Below, piece by piece: positions 53,194 to 64,000 of a stretch of DNA of 64,000 nucleotides (its first letter is position 1; each line of letters begins with the position of its first letter). The notes beneath the pieces were generated by a model, which worked only from the letters and a program-made list of their open reading frames with translations, searched no databases and was not told where the DNA came from. Source of the DNA: an uncultured Methanoregulaceae archaeon (GTDB lineage: Archaea > Halobacteriota > Methanomicrobia > Methanomicrobiales > Methanospirillaceae); contig CAWJAX010000002.1 in the NCBI GenBank assembly GCA_963841015.1, positions 320,001 through 384,000 on the forward strand. Direction: 5' to 3'. Position numbers and translations under genes: made by a program.

Positions 53194-53505
53194 TCAGAAA
53201 AGTCTTTTCATTTGGCCTGACATAGGGATTGCGCCTGCTTCTTCGTTCCTTTAAATAGTTTTAAATTACCCTCTGTGATGTGGTATCAGCAGAAAGACGG
53301 ATTTTATTTTCCTTCTTGAATCTTTTAAGAAGAGCCACCGTTGATATCTTTACGTTTTTTTGAATGACGATACCCGGGCATCCTCGATACCTCCAGACCA
53401 GACTACATCAGACAATGTCCGGATGCTCTTTGCAGGTAGAATTTTGCCGGATATTGTTTTTCAATCGTATCTCTTTTATACCATCATGCTGAAGAACAGT
53501 GAATA

Positions 53506-54327
53506 ATGAAAACCATAAGTTTACGATTCCGCATCTACGTTTCAATCCTTGCTGCGGTACTTTTCATCGGCATGGTAGGGTTAATCGTCATCGAAAGTTT
53601 TTCCCCGCTGGATGCGTTTTATTTCCTGATCGTAACGATTGCAACCGTTGGTTATGGGGATCTCCACCCGGTTTCTCCTCTTGGAAAATTGCTGGTTATT
53701 GGAATTATTCTTGCCGGTGTCGGTTGTTTTGTCGGTGTTGTGGCTAACGCTATAGAATATATGATCGAGAAGCGGGAACACTCCAAGCGGATTGAGAAAC
53801 TGAACATGATCATCGGAACTTTTTATTCTGAAGTAGGAACAAAACTCCTTAAAAAGTTCAGCGCAATAGATCCGGGCATTCACCGAATCCAAGCCGCTCT
53901 GGTGGTATCCGATAACTGGTCGGATGATGATTTTAAAAAAGTACATGCTTTTCTCAAAGAGCATTCATTCCGGCTGAACAGTAGTGAGATCTCTTTGGAA
54001 GAACTGCACACTTTCCTCTCGCACTACAAGGGATTCCTGCTCACACTTCTCGAAAATCCCCAGCTGTTCGAGAACGACAGGTTTACTGATCTGCTTCAAG
54101 CAGTTTTTCATCTCGCTGAGGAACTGAACGCTCGTGAGCGCCTCATCGATCTCCCGAAAACGGACTATCTTCACCTTTCCAAAGATCTGACCCGGGTATA
54201 TAGCCAGCTCGTAATCGAATGGCTGGAATATATGCAGCATCTTAAGAAGAAATATCCCTATCTTTTCTCATTATCGATGAGAACAAATCCCTTTGATACA
54301 AACGCGTCAGTGATCATAAGAGAATGA
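53506..54327 (+). CDS. Two-TM potassium channel family protein
   Basis: TIATVGYGD selectivity filter flanked by TM helices. Confidence 0.9.
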   Translation: MKTISLRFRIYVSILAAVLFIGMVGLIVIESFSPLDAFYFLIVTIATVGYGDLHPVSPLGKLLVIGIILAGVGCFVGVVANAIEYMIEKREHSKRIEKLNMIIGTFYSEVGTKLLKKFSAIDPGIHRIQAALVVSDNWSDDDFKKVHAFLKEHSFRLNSSEISLEELHTFLSHYKGFLLTLLENPQLFENDRFTDLLQAVFHLAEELNARERLIDLPKTDYLHLSKDLTRVYSQLVIEWLEYMQHLKKKYPYLFSLSMRTNPFDTNASVIIRE

Positions 54328-54515
54328 CTGGTTGACGGTGCGTAAAAGTATACTCTCTCCTGCAAATCCTCAATAATGATATAAAAAAAGCATGATGTTT
54401 GGATAGTGGATTACATCAAAGGTAAATTGCGAAAACAATTTTGAGAAGAAAGTCAGGAAATTTTTCCGGAAAAATGATAAATCATGATGATTTCCGGGTC
54501 CTCACCTGGATTTTA

Positions 54516-56267
54516 CTAGACAATAACGAAATAGGCTATCAACGACAACAGGAATGCCAGGAGCAGCATTGCAAGGGAAAGCGGTGCAACAAATACGAGC
54601 ACTGCGTTTACCGTACTGGCAAGCTCGGAGATCCGGTTGGAGCCGAAAACAACAATGTGTTCACAGCGTGCGGTGCTCCCGGCAACCTCTGATGGTGCAA
54701 GATCATCGATAACTGTTTGTAACGCCTGCATCACAAATGGCAGGAACTCTGAGGCCGGAACATGCATTCCCACCGGATTTTTACCGGTGATAGTGTTCAC
54801 GACATGAGAGTCTGTGGTCATCACTTCGGCATTATCAACGACAGTCAGGATTTGTTCAAGCAACACCTCGCGTACTCCCTGCGCCATATTGTTGCCATCG
54901 ATGAGAACGTAGGCGGTGCGCTGCCCGTCAACCTCGGTAACCAGTACCTGTAACCCCAGATCCCCAAACCCCTGCTTTCTGCTGTACGGTAATAAAAGAT
55001 GAGCAACTCCTGTCCTGAATGGATACAGCGATGTTGTGCGGCATCTTTCCATCGCATCCAGCGAAACATGCTGGTACTCGGTTGCTGTCAGTGTTGCAAG
55101 GAGCACAGGTGAAGAAAGATCTGTCATGCAGTTATGCGCATCTACAACAGCAACATGTGGGAACCAGCGGTGTCCTTCTGCCATGATTGTCATCCCGATT
55201 GAAAAATCAACATCTTCAGTTCGTTGTGGGGAACGGGTGGTAACAAGCAGAACAGAGTCGCCAAGCCGCTGGTAGAGAACCTGCACGGAACCCTGGGTGA
55301 GGCGCTCTGACTTTCCCGCAAGACCGGAATAGGTAAGATCATTTTGCGATTTTTTCAGTGCATCGAGCACTTTGTCGATTTCTGTTTCTGATACAAGATT
55401 GAAGTCATGTGTGGCGCAACCATGCACGACAAGGGTTTCATCCTCAAAGTTATCGTGCAATACTTTGGGAAGATTACCCCCGCCGATTTCACCCAAAGGA
55501 CCGGGGTGCAGGTTGGGGACCGTGAAAATTATCGGCTTATTACTCGCCCTGCGGAAAAAAAAGCTCACTTGGGGAACAAATATCTCTTCCCCGATTTCCC
55601 GGAAGAAATCCTCCATTCGTTTGGAACCATCGGTCATATGAGCGATAAATGCATTGAGCAATGCAAGCCCGCGAATTTTAAATGCACGGTCGAGCGGACG
55701 TTCGAGCATCCAGATGAGAATTACAAATCCAAGACCGAAGACAACATGGAATACCAGCGCATAGATACCGAATGTTGGCGGGAAGAGGAGCATACCGGCA
55801 AGTATACCCACACCACTCTGGGTGAACGCCGGGATGAGCATACGGGGAATCCGGTAATCGGCTATTGCAACGAGAACGAGCAGCCGGAGGCCGAAGATAA
55901 AACCCAGCGAAATCGCGTAGAACAACGGGATGAAATTGACCGATAAAAGGAGTGGAATAAACGTGATGATAACAGCAAAAACCGTACAGGCGAGTGCGAG
56001 AAGTGCTGACCGGTTCCAGGTCATCGTTTTGCCGTTAAACTCGATGATTGGCTTTGTAAGGACAAGTGCAACAATGGCCGGGATAGTGAAAGCAAGCGTG
56101 CCGGAGAATGGCAGTGCTGAAAAAGGTAAAATCCCCCATGCTGGTACACCTGCCCCGTCGATCAGAAGACCAAGGATGATGATAAGAAAAAGTGAACGTT
56201 TCCATGAGGGGGCAGTGAAAATAAACCGGGAGATCTGCATGAATTTGACATCACTCCCCTGGTCCAT
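54516..56267 (-). CDS. DUF2070 family membrane protein
   Basis: N-terminal TMs, HPGP, HGCATHDFN, DAHN, DGNN, TTDSH. Confidence 0.85.
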   Translation of the reverse strand: MDQGSDVKFMQISRFIFTAPSWKRSLFLIIILGLLIDGAGVPAWGILPFSALPFSGTLAFTIPAIVALVLTKPIIEFNGKTMTWNRSALLALACTVFAVIITFIPLLLSVNFIPLFYAISLGFIFGLRLLVLVAIADYRIPRMLIPAFTQSGVGILAGMLLFPPTFGIYALVFHVVFGLGFVILIWMLERPLDRAFKIRGLALLNAFIAHMTDGSKRMEDFFREIGEEIFVPQVSFFFRRASNKPIIFTVPNLHPGPLGEIGGGNLPKVLHDNFEDETLVVHGCATHDFNLVSETEIDKVLDALKKSQNDLTYSGLAGKSERLTQGSVQVLYQRLGDSVLLVTTRSPQRTEDVDFSIGMTIMAEGHRWFPHVAVVDAHNCMTDLSSPVLLATLTATEYQHVSLDAMERCRTTSLYPFRTGVAHLLLPYSRKQGFGDLGLQVLVTEVDGQRTAYVLIDGNNMAQGVREVLLEQILTVVDNAEVMTTDSHVVNTITGKNPVGMHVPASEFLPFVMQALQTVIDDLAPSEVAGSTARCEHIVVFGSNRISELASTVNAVLVFVAPLSLAMLLLAFLLSLIAYFVIV

Positions 56268-56923
56268 CAGGTAAAACCCCCGAGAACTATCTCCTGGCGG
56301 TCAGGATACCTCTGGATTTTGCTGGTTGTGTAGGTGATGGGACGAGAATAAAACGGTGCGTTAAGAGCAAGTGTCTCGTATTCCCCACCTTCACCGGCAA
56401 GGTTGATGCGGTGGGTTGTTGCCACACGTTTTAATCTGTCGATAAGATCATCATTAAAATGTGCGCCCAGAAAGCGTTCATCCAGTCCGTCCGCAGCAGT
56501 GACAATGATTATCGCATCCATTCGTCGGGCTACTTCCTTGAGAAGCATTTCTGTATCCATATGCCAGAGCGGTGTGAAGAGTGATATCCCGAGTCGGTCA
56601 GTGATTGCCCTCACCCGCTCTGCCTGGTACACAGATGCAACTGCTCCTGCAATCAAGCCTTCTACCTCAAGTCCAACCAGTCCCGCTTCAAGATCAGCAA
56701 GCTCCTCTTCTTTGCGTCCGTGGGTAGGTATCTCTCTGTACTTCATACCGGCAACCTTGGCAATGGCAGCAACTGCATCGAGGTTTGCGGAGTGGAACAT
56801 ATACGAATCCCGGTTTTCTGGATGAACGGTGACCATAAATTCCACATCCTTTCCTGTATCAATTGCTTTCTGTACGGAAAGGATTGAGTCCTTTCCCCCA
56901 GAAGTAAGTGCTGCCCAGCTCAT
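56267..56923 (-). CDS. Diphthine-ammonia ligase-like PP-loop ATPase
   Basis: SGGKDS, SYMFH, GAVASVYQ, PLW, AGEGGEYET. Confidence 0.88.
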   Translation of the reverse strand: MSWAALTSGGKDSILSVQKAIDTGKDVEFMVTVHPENRDSYMFHSANLDAVAAIAKVAGMKYREIPTHGRKEEELADLEAGLVGLEVEGLIAGAVASVYQAERVRAITDRLGISLFTPLWHMDTEMLLKEVARRMDAIIIVTAADGLDERFLGAHFNDDLIDRLKRVATTHRINLAGEGGEYETLALNAPFYSRPITYTTSKIQRYPDRQEIVLGGFT

Positions 56924-56925
56924 GA

Positions 56926-57825
56926 TCAGCCATTCCGGAAATTTGGTGAATCGAACGTACCGAAGTTATTCTCGTATCTCATTTGCATAGCGTTCCAGTC
57001 TGGCAGATGGGTCTGGCAACCGACATGTTCCACGACAAATGAAGCGGTGACTGTGCCTACCTTGCAACATGTCAGTGGTGGATATCCCTTTACAAACGCG
57101 GAAAGGAACCCGGCGCGGTACGAATCACCGGCACCAGTAGGATCGGCAAGGGTAACAGGAATAACCGGGATAAAGTGCTCGATACCGTCTGAATGAAGTG
57201 TGCTCCCGTCACTGCTCATGGTAAATACTGCAGTTTCGACCTGCCGGATGATCGAATCTTTTGTTGTGCCCAGTGTAGTGCACATCTGCCGAATCTCGTG
57301 CTGGTTGGCAAAAAGGATGTCTGTGTTAGAAAGGATAGTTTCCAGCTGTTCTTTGGTATACCAGAAAACATCCTGCCCGGGATCAAATGAGGTGAACTCA
57401 CTTCTCTCGGCAACCCGGCAATTGAATTCTGGATCTGCAGTTGCCATATGAACAAACGGAAGAGAAGGAGCTTCTGCATGGGCGAATGCTTTGGATGCAC
57501 CCCATTCAAAAAAAGTCATCTGGTCCCCGTTATCGTCTGTGAACATGAAAGCTGTGGGTGTATGAGCGTCGGGAACACTGAAGAACCGTTGATGGACCCC
57601 GATCCTGTTCATCCAGAGGTCATACTCGCTACCGGGGAAGTCACTGCCGATACAGGAAATGAGGGTAACCTGTTCACCTAATGTGGCAATTCCTGCTGCA
57701 ATATTTGCCGCTCCTCCACCAAAATAGATCTGCCGGTCAGAGATATGTGTTGAGCAATTCTTCGCTGGTAGATGAGGTACCCGTGAAATGTGATCAATAG
57801 CAGTGTGCCCGACAACAGAAATCAT
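56926..57825 (-). CDS. PfkB-family carbohydrate/nucleoside kinase
   Basis: [31 protein letters not shown]. Confidence 0.92.
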   Translation of the reverse strand: MISVVGHTAIDHISRVPHLPAKNCSTHISDRQIYFGGGAANIAAGIATLGEQVTLISCIGSDFPGSEYDLWMNRIGVHQRFFSVPDAHTPTAFMFTDDNGDQMTFFEWGASKAFAHAEAPSLPFVHMATADPEFNCRVAERSEFTSFDPGQDVFWYTKEQLETILSNTDILFANQHEIRQMCTTLGTTKDSIIRQVETAVFTMSSDGSTLHSDGIEHFIPVIPVTLADPTGAGDSYRAGFLSAFVKGYPPLTCCKVGTVTASFVVEHVGCQTHLPDWNAMQMRYENNFGTFDSPNFRNG

Positions 57826-58160
57826 AGTGCCTGCACTTCCAGTAGTTTCAGCGGCACATCTCTTAGCGCCTTTCCTACCACTGATTTTGCAATGCGCTCA
57901 GCATGTTCCGGTGATTCAGCCCGGAAAACTTTCATCTCAAGGACGAGTCCTACAAGGGCGGTGTCAGCAACGACAATCGCACTTGAAAGTGTCTCCTCAC
58001 AGTACGGGCAGGTGAGAAACCCTGCTTCAACTTCTACATATTTTGCTGCCGGGTTAAGCCGCTTTCCTGCTTCACTGATTGCAATTCCAATCGCATCGTC
58101 AAGTGATTTGACATCACGCAGGATCCACGCTGATTCCAGTGTCACTACATAATCAGGCAT
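57822..58160 (-). CDS. DUF555 (UPF0212) family protein
   Basis: [28 protein letters not shown]. Confidence 0.85.
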   Translation of the reverse strand: MPDYVVTLESAWILRDVKSLDDAIGIAISEAGKRLNPAAKYVEVEAGFLTCPYCEETLSSAIVVADTALVGLVLEMKVFRAESPEHAERIAKSVVGKALRDVPLKLLEVQAL

Positions 58161-58172
58161 ATTTTTCCCTCC

Positions 58173-58700
58173 TTACCAGATATCATGGTGCACGTGCCCT
58201 CCGGTATCCATCCGGCCGGTGAGCACGGCCGGGGGGTGTCCTTTCCCCACCGCAAGCAGTGCAATGGGCCGGATATGCTGGGGCAGAGCAAGTATCTCGC
58301 GAACTTCGTCATCATTAAAAGAACCTGTCCAGCAGGAATGCAGTTTCTTTGCATGGGCTGCAAGCATCATGTATGTGCAGGCAATTGTTGCGTCTTCCAA
58401 CCCGTACAGGATCCCACGCTCTCCGTAACGGGACATTGAGCGGACATAGTTTGCGCATACCGCAAAGATTGCACCCGCTTGCTCTACATGTTTCTGATCA
58501 AATGCAGCCTGGGCGAGTGCAGCCTTAACCTCTTCATCGGTAATGACAATCACGTCCCAGGATTCAAGGTTTCCGGCGCTCGGTGCCGCACTTGCACAGT
58601 TGAGGATATATTCAATCTCATCCTCTGTAAGTGGGTCACTTTCGTAGGTACGTACCGAAGAGCGACTGTTGAGAAAATCCAGAAACTCAGAGGATTCCAT
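58173..58700 (-). CDS. Nitroreductase family protein
   Basis: SRSSVRTY, APSAGNLESW, SCWTGSF; start at ATG 58700. Confidence 0.9.
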   Translation of the reverse strand: MESSEFLDFLNSRSSVRTYESDPLTEDEIEYILNCASAAPSAGNLESWDVIVITDEEVKAALAQAAFDQKHVEQAGAIFAVCANYVRSMSRYGERGILYGLEDATIACTYMMLAAHAKKLHSCWTGSFNDDEVREILALPQHIRPIALLAVGKGHPPAVLTGRMDTGGHVHHDIW

Positions 58701-59052
58701 GTTTTTCAAGTACCTGCCATGCTTCCTGCGCCGGGGTTGTGGATGCGCTGATTGCAATGGCGATCTTTTCAGATGCCTGTTCGGGTTGATTACTTTCCAT
58801 GAGCGAGATTGCCACGTTGAGTGCATCGATCGCCTTTTTGAATTCTGCCTTTCCGGTACTGTGGGCAGCAAACTGGAGTTCACTCCTCACTGATTCCATC
58901 AGCATGAGAAGCATTCTTCGCCCCCCGGCACGCTCATTGTCAGTAAACCCTGTCAATGCGAGGCATAACTGGGACGTTATGATTAGTTCAGATTTTGCCC
59001 GTTCACCGAACTGATAACTCTTTACTGCGGTTCCAAGATCCATACTAACCAT
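58687..59052 (-). CDS. Hypothetical alpha-helical protein
   Basis: Intact ORF in operon-like overlap with nitroreductase. Confidence 0.7.
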   Translation of the reverse strand: MVSMDLGTAVKSYQFGERAKSELIITSQLCLALTGFTDNERAGGRRMLLMLMESVRSELQFAAHSTGKAEFKKAIDALNVAISLMESNQPEQASEKIAIAISASTTPAQEAWQVLEKHGIL

Positions 59053-59186
59053 AGATGTTGCCAATAAAAGATAATTAGTATTGGGAGCAGGAATCCTCCA
59101 TACTACCTTAAAAGCGATAAAAAACCAGCCGGGTTGGGTTGACCCCTGTTAAATGTTAGATTATGGATGATATCCTGTTTCAAAGA

Positions 59187-59513
59187 TTATCGTGTGGCCT
59201 TTGCCTTCGCACCAAGAGCGGAGACCTTTGCCCTGCGCATGCGTCTGCGGATGAGCGGACTCGCCGTGGACTCGTTTAAACCGGATCCCCCGGATCTGTC
59301 GCCCCCACGTCTTCCCCCGCGCTTGCCTCCGCGTGCCCCGCCCCGACCTTGTGCTGCTTCATCCATGGCGTTAACTTTTTTCATGTTCACGCCTGCTTTG
59401 AATCGCTGGTTCGGGCCCGGTGTTTTGAGATCGCCTTCACTTTTTGGTACAAGGCGAATCTGTCCCTTCACGCCTTTTACCTGTGCCCAGATGGTTGTGC
59501 CTGTTTTACCCAT
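59187..59513 (-). CDS. Small basic Gly/Arg-rich protein (DUF5350-like)
   Basis: MGKTG..W.QVKGVKGQIRLVP..PGPNQRF, RGG repeats. Confidence 0.8.
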   Translation of the reverse strand: MGKTGTTIWAQVKGVKGQIRLVPKSEGDLKTPGPNQRFKAGVNMKKVNAMDEAAQGRGGARGGKRGGRRGGDRSGGSGLNESTASPLIRRRMRRAKVSALGAKAKATR

Positions 59514-59596
59514 ACTTAAACTCCTTATCTAATTCTGCTGCCCCACTCATAAATGTTCGCGCCTGGTATTCATGGGATGTGGATCCAGGAAAAAAA

Positions 59597-61450
59597 TTAC
59601 GGTTTTTTTGCCGCAAGTATTGCAGAAATTTCCTTTTTGAGGGTTTCGCTTACCACTTTTCCGTCAACAGATCCTCTTACTTCACTCATTACCACACCCA
59701 TAAGCGGACCAAGCGCGGCTTGTCCTTTCTGGAGTACAAAATCTGAACGTTCTGTAGTGATCTTGTGTATAATTGATTCGAGATCCTGCCGGGAGATAGC
59801 GGGAGCAAGCTTCTGGAGAACTTCATCAATTGAATCTCCGGATGCAAGTCCTCTGAAGAGATCAGGTATAGCCTCTTTTGCTGCCCTGCCGCTTTCTACG
59901 GCGTGCCATGTTGCAAGATAATCTTCATCGGATATCTTGCCCATATCCACACCTTCCCGCCGGAGTTCAGTAGATGTCGAAAGGATTGTAAATACTGCAA
60001 GTTTGGGTTTTATTCCCTCTGCTACGGCACGTTCGAACAGAGGGAGTTTTTCTGATAAAGCCAGTTGGGTAGCGTAATTACGATCAATTGCATACTTCTG
60101 TTCGTAACGTTGTGCTTTTGCGGACAGCAGCTCGGGAACTGTTATCGTATTCAGGAGAACATCATCAATAATCACCGGGAGCACATCGGTCTCGGGATAC
60201 ATACGCGCTGCGCCGGGAAGCGGCCGCATGTAGGCAGAGCTGCCGGTTTCAAGCATTTTCCGTGTCTCTTCAGGAACCGGCTTGTCCGAAAGTGCAATCC
60301 GTGCGCGGATGATGACCTGGTTTACTGCACAGGCTGCCTGGGTATCGCTCACCGCTGCAACAATCACCACACAGTCATGGATATCCGCGTTCATATATGT
60401 CCGCAATCGGGCGACCTCTTCTGCAGTGATCCCATATGCGGGAAGTTCATCGGTATGAAAAATCCCCCCGACCCCGCATTTTTTTGCGTAGTCGGACATT
60501 TCGCTGCCGAGACGACGGTCCGGTTGGATCTCGCGACCTGCCAGGCCGGCAAAACCTTCAAGGCGTACAGCATAGATTCGTTTCGCCTTTTTCAGCACGG
60601 TGGATTTAGTTTCTTTGAAGATTTCAGTAACATTCTGTGCATTTTCGTTGACAGATGATTTTTTCTGCAGGAGTTCGTTCCTGATTGCGAGGAGATTTTG
60701 CTGCCTCTGCACTTCACGCCTGACAACTTCTGCGATCAGTTCGAGCTCCTGGACACCTTTGATCTCGACACGTGCTCCGCCACGAATTGATATATTCACA
60801 TCCTGACGGATCGTGCCAATACCCCGTTTTACCTTACCGGTTGAACGGAGGACCATACCAATGTACTCGGCTACTTCCTGCACCTCTTCTGGTGTGTGCA
60901 TACACGGAGAGGTAGTGATCTCAACGAGCGGGATTCCCAGCCGATCAAGAGAAAAAAAATCATCCTTGACCCGTTGGGCGGCCTCTTCTTCAAGGCAAAT
61001 CGTCTCGATCTCACCCCCTTTGGGTAGTGCCCCGTTCAGGGCAACCAGCGCTGTACGCTGGAACCCGCTGGTGTTCGATCCATCAATAACGAGCTTGCGC
61101 ATCGTATGCACTTGCCGGACTGGTGTCATGCCAAACATTTTTGCAATTGTAAGGCAGACGGAAAGTGCCTCATCATTCATCGGCGCTGGTGGCTCCTCAT
61201 CGTTTTCCACAAGGCAGGTAGTATCATAGGTATAATAGTGGAATTCCCGATCACGCTTCATCTCTTCCTGGGCAGCGCGATCGATCTCTCCCATCTCACT
61301 CTCAGTGACCCTGAGGTAGCGGAAGAATTCACCCGAATGGTCACCGCTGTCGCGAAGGAGCGTCTGGCAGTGGCAGAACAGTTTTTCCTTTGTATTCAGC
61401 TGCTGGTGGATTTCAATCCCGGCTGTAAGTCCTGCTGCTTTATAATCCAT
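59597..61450 (-). CDS. gatE: Glutamyl-tRNA(Gln) amidotransferase subunit E
   Basis: MDY..GL.AGIEIHQQL, DGSNTSGFQRT, LDRLGIPLVEI, RMYPETD. Confidence 0.95.
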   Translation of the reverse strand: MDYKAAGLTAGIEIHQQLNTKEKLFCHCQTLLRDSGDHSGEFFRYLRVTESEMGEIDRAAQEEMKRDREFHYYTYDTTCLVENDEEPPAPMNDEALSVCLTIAKMFGMTPVRQVHTMRKLVIDGSNTSGFQRTALVALNGALPKGGEIETICLEEEAAQRVKDDFFSLDRLGIPLVEITTSPCMHTPEEVQEVAEYIGMVLRSTGKVKRGIGTIRQDVNISIRGGARVEIKGVQELELIAEVVRREVQRQQNLLAIRNELLQKKSSVNENAQNVTEIFKETKSTVLKKAKRIYAVRLEGFAGLAGREIQPDRRLGSEMSDYAKKCGVGGIFHTDELPAYGITAEEVARLRTYMNADIHDCVVIVAAVSDTQAACAVNQVIIRARIALSDKPVPEETRKMLETGSSAYMRPLPGAARMYPETDVLPVIIDDVLLNTITVPELLSAKAQRYEQKYAIDRNYATQLALSEKLPLFERAVAEGIKPKLAVFTILSTSTELRREGVDMGKISDEDYLATWHAVESGRAAKEAIPDLFRGLASGDSIDEVLQKLAPAISRQDLESIIHKITTERSDFVLQKGQAALGPLMGVVMSEVRGSVDGKVVSETLKKEISAILAAKKP

Positions 61451-62677
61451 GAGTGCTTCTCCGGTTGCATTCACCTTTGAGATCTGCCTGCATATGCTCA
61501 GCAGCTTTTCCGGATCCCGCTCGTTCCCCAGTACCCACATCAGTTTCACGAGTGCTACTTCGGGAAGCATATCCCCGCCTTCGATGACGCCAGCCGATAG
61601 CAGGTCACGCCCGGTATCATAGACCCTGTCGCAGACCCTTCCCTTCATGCACTGGGTGGTCATCACCACTACCGTGCCTCCTTTAATGAGTTTTTGCAGG
61701 GAAGGGATAAGTGTGGTACTGACATGCCCGAGTCCTGTACCTGCGAGGACAAGGCCTTTGTAGCCCTCGTACGACTTAAGCAGGTCAGGAGACATCCCCG
61801 GGAAGAACTGGACTAGCCCGCAGTGTTTTTCCAGTTTGTCGTGAAGGGCGAGTGTCTGGCTCCCCCGGTGCACTGCATGACTTTTGAGGGCAACTTCGCG
61901 GGATGGATAGGCCACAAAGCCGAGGGGGTCAATCCCTATACTACGGAACGCATCACGACGTGAAGAGTGCATCTTGCGTACACGCGTTCCCCGGTGAATT
62001 GCGCATTTGTCATCGTTTGTAGTGGCATGCATTACCACCGCAACCTCACCAAGATCGCAGGTTGCTGCGCTGGCGGCGCATACCGCATTCATCGCATTAT
62101 CACTGGATGGCCGGTCAGCGGATCGTTGTGATCCAACAAAAACAACAGGCACTGGAGTGTCGATCATGAAACTGAGTGCTGCTGCACTATACGCCATTGT
62201 GTCGGTACCATGGGTGATGATAACACCGGTAACCCCGTTTTTAATCTCTTTATAAACAGCACGGGCAAGTTCCTGCCAGATCACCGGTGTCATATTCTCA
62301 GAGAGTATGGTAGCAAGGGGAATTGTCCGGTATTGTGCAACCTTTGCCAGTTCAGGGATTGCCACAAGAATTTCACCTGCATCGAACTGGCTGGTGACTG
62401 ACCCGGTCCGGTAATCGATCCTGCTTGCAATTGTGCCGCCGGTTGATACGATAGAAAGCACAGGGAGATCTTTTTTTTGCGGGACTTCAGTTTTCTTTGC
62501 AGATGATTCTGCAGGATGCCCGAAAAAAGTGCAGGAATCCGGATTCACGCCAATATTGTAGCCGGAATCCAGTTTCACTACTGCCATTCCGTCGCGTTCT
62601 GTGATGAAAATCCCTTTCCTGGTGGAACCTCCATATGTGCATACAACCACGTCCCCAGAAGTGAAATGCGGATTTAT
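61440..62677 (-). CDS. gatD: Glutamyl-tRNA(Gln) amidotransferase subunit D (apparent 1-nt deletion near 61508 fuses it to gatE)
   Basis: KLDSGYNIG, STGGTIAS, HGTDT, GSQRSADRPSSD; restoring one A gives ..EKAAEHMQADLKGECNRRSTHGL* ending 61440. Confidence 0.9.
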
Positions 62678-63999
62678 GTTACCAGCCTCCGAACTTTTAC
62701 GATCATGTCCTCTTTTACCTTTGAAAGTTTTCCAAGCCTTTGATCGAGATGGGAAGAATCCGTATCGAGCTGCTTTTTGCGTTCATCTAGAGCAATCCTT
62801 ATTGCAAAGGGCGCGGGTCCTCCGGGAGCTTTCCTGAGAGCGATGGAATGGGATACAACCAGCACTTCATCGATTATCTCCTGGGTGAGTCCTTTTGCCA
62901 TAAGGGATATTCCTCCCCCGACTTCCAGTGCTGCTTCTTCAAGGGTGGCAAGCGAAAGGTTTCCTTTCTGCACGGCTCTTCCGACAATGTTGTGTGCAGT
63001 GCGGAAGGGAACACCGTATGATCTGACCAGCGTATCGGCAAGTTCAGTTGCGGTTGAAAACCCTTTTCCAGCCTCGTCTTTCATCCGCTCAGTATCAAAT
63101 GTTGCACTTGAGAGCATATCGATAAGAAGGCGAAGGCTCTCTTTTGCGTCCCGCATACCACGCCAGATATTAGGGGTGAGCTCCTGGAGGTCACGGTTGT
63201 AACTCATGGGCAGTCCTTTCAACGTAAGGATCGCACCGGTAAATGCACCGAAGACGGACCCTGACTTTGCCCGCATGATCTCAGCTGTGTCCGGGTTCTT
63301 CTTCTGCGGCATTATCGATGAAGTTGAACAGAATGCGTCATCAAGCGTAACAAACTTTACAAACGATGTGCTCCAGATAATCAGATCCTCACAGAGCCGG
63401 CTCGTATTAACCATCAGGATGGAAAGATCAGCAAGCGTTTCCAGTGCAAAATCCCGGGCAGCTACCGCATCCATGGTGTTTGTTACGAGTCCTTCAAATC
63501 CCAGCAGGCTTGCAGTATATTGACGATCAATCGGGTAACCGGTCGAAGCGAAGGCTGCTGCACCAAGCGGGGATTGGTTCACCCGCACGTAGCTATCCTT
63601 AAGCCGGTCGAAATCTCGCGAAAAGGCCTGTTCATACGCAAGAAGATGGTGCGCTAGCGTCGTAGGCTGGGCATGCTGCATGTGGGTAAATCCTGGCATC
63701 ACGGTCTCAATATGTATCTCAGCGAGGGCAACAAGCACCTCCCGCACTTTGAGAAGTGCCGACATTTGTTTTAGTATGTCTTCCCGCAGTTTGATCCTGA
63801 TGCAGGTTGCGACTTCATCGTTACGTGATCGTCCCATATGCATACGCCCGCCAACATCTGGTCCGACAGATTCTATGAGGAGTGATTCTATTCCTGCATG
63901 GACATCTTCAAAACGCTCGTCAAACACCTCTTCGGGAATCCCTTCATCAAAGAGCTCAAGCAGCGCTGAAAGGAGCTGCCGGGCAATATCACGGTCGAT
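62674..63999 (-). CDS. argH: Argininosuccinate lyase (5' end outside window)
   Basis: EDVH, GRSRNDEV, PGFTHMQHAQP, SSIMPQKKNPD, YNRDLQ. Confidence 0.97.
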   Translation of the reverse strand: MDRDIARQLLSALLELFDEGIPEEVFDERFEDVHAGIESLLIESVGPDVGGRMHMGRSRNDEVATCIRIKLREDILKQMSALLKVREVLVALAEIHIETVMPGFTHMQHAQPTTLAHHLLAYEQAFSRDFDRLKDSYVRVNQSPLGAAAFASTGYPIDRQYTASLLGFEGLVTNTMDAVAARDFALETLADLSILMVNTSRLCEDLIIWSTSFVKFVTLDDAFCSTSSIMPQKKNPDTAEIMRAKSGSVFGAFTGAILTLKGLPMSYNRDLQELTPNIWRGMRDAKESLRLLIDMLSSATFDTERMKDEAGKGFSTATELADTLVRSYGVPFRTAHNIVGRAVQKGNLSLATLEEAALEVGGGISLMAKGLTQEIIDEVLVVSHSIALRKAPGGPAPFAIRIALDERKKQLDTDSSHLDQRLGKLSKVKEDMIVKVRRLVT

Positions 64000-64000
64000 G

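Noticed and set aside
59597-62650. 1017-aa GatD-GatE fusion ORF
   Set aside because: Adding one A in GAAAAG near 61508 (minus strand) restores a normal GatD C-terminus and a stop overlapping the gatE start. Given other homopolymer indels in the window, this is most likely a sequencing error; check reads.

Overview
Chromosomal segment of a hydrogenotrophic methanogenic archaeon, most consistent with Methanomicrobiales (Methanoregula/Methanolinea-like). This rests on mch, archaeal r-proteins L7Ae/S28e/L24e, aEF-1alpha, gatDE, CetZ, Cas1-solo and bacterial-type ruvCAB. Most of the window is housekeeping: cobalamin genes, a membrane glycosylation cluster, tandem paaK, glmM, argH. Features that stand out: (1) A xerA locus with a 28-bp 11-6-11 palindrome at its promoter. 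It is followed by a ~990-bp non-coding array of 11 dif-like 11-6-11 sites spaced exactly 95 bp apart, with two alternating central hexamers, then a small putative DNA-binding protein and tRNA-Gln. (2) A 6.3-kb accessory island (two MBL hydrolases, FAH, SulP) bounded by 22-bp direct repeats embedded in hairpins. (3) A catalytically degenerate solo Cas1 with no CRISPR array. (4) A four-copy dispersed, structured intergenic repeat family. (5) A complete IS5/ISH1-type element with 8-bp TSD. Several apparent frameshifts, including a GatD-GatE 'fusion', sit in homopolymers and look like sequencing indels. Product calls come from motif recognition by eye; no database searches were run.
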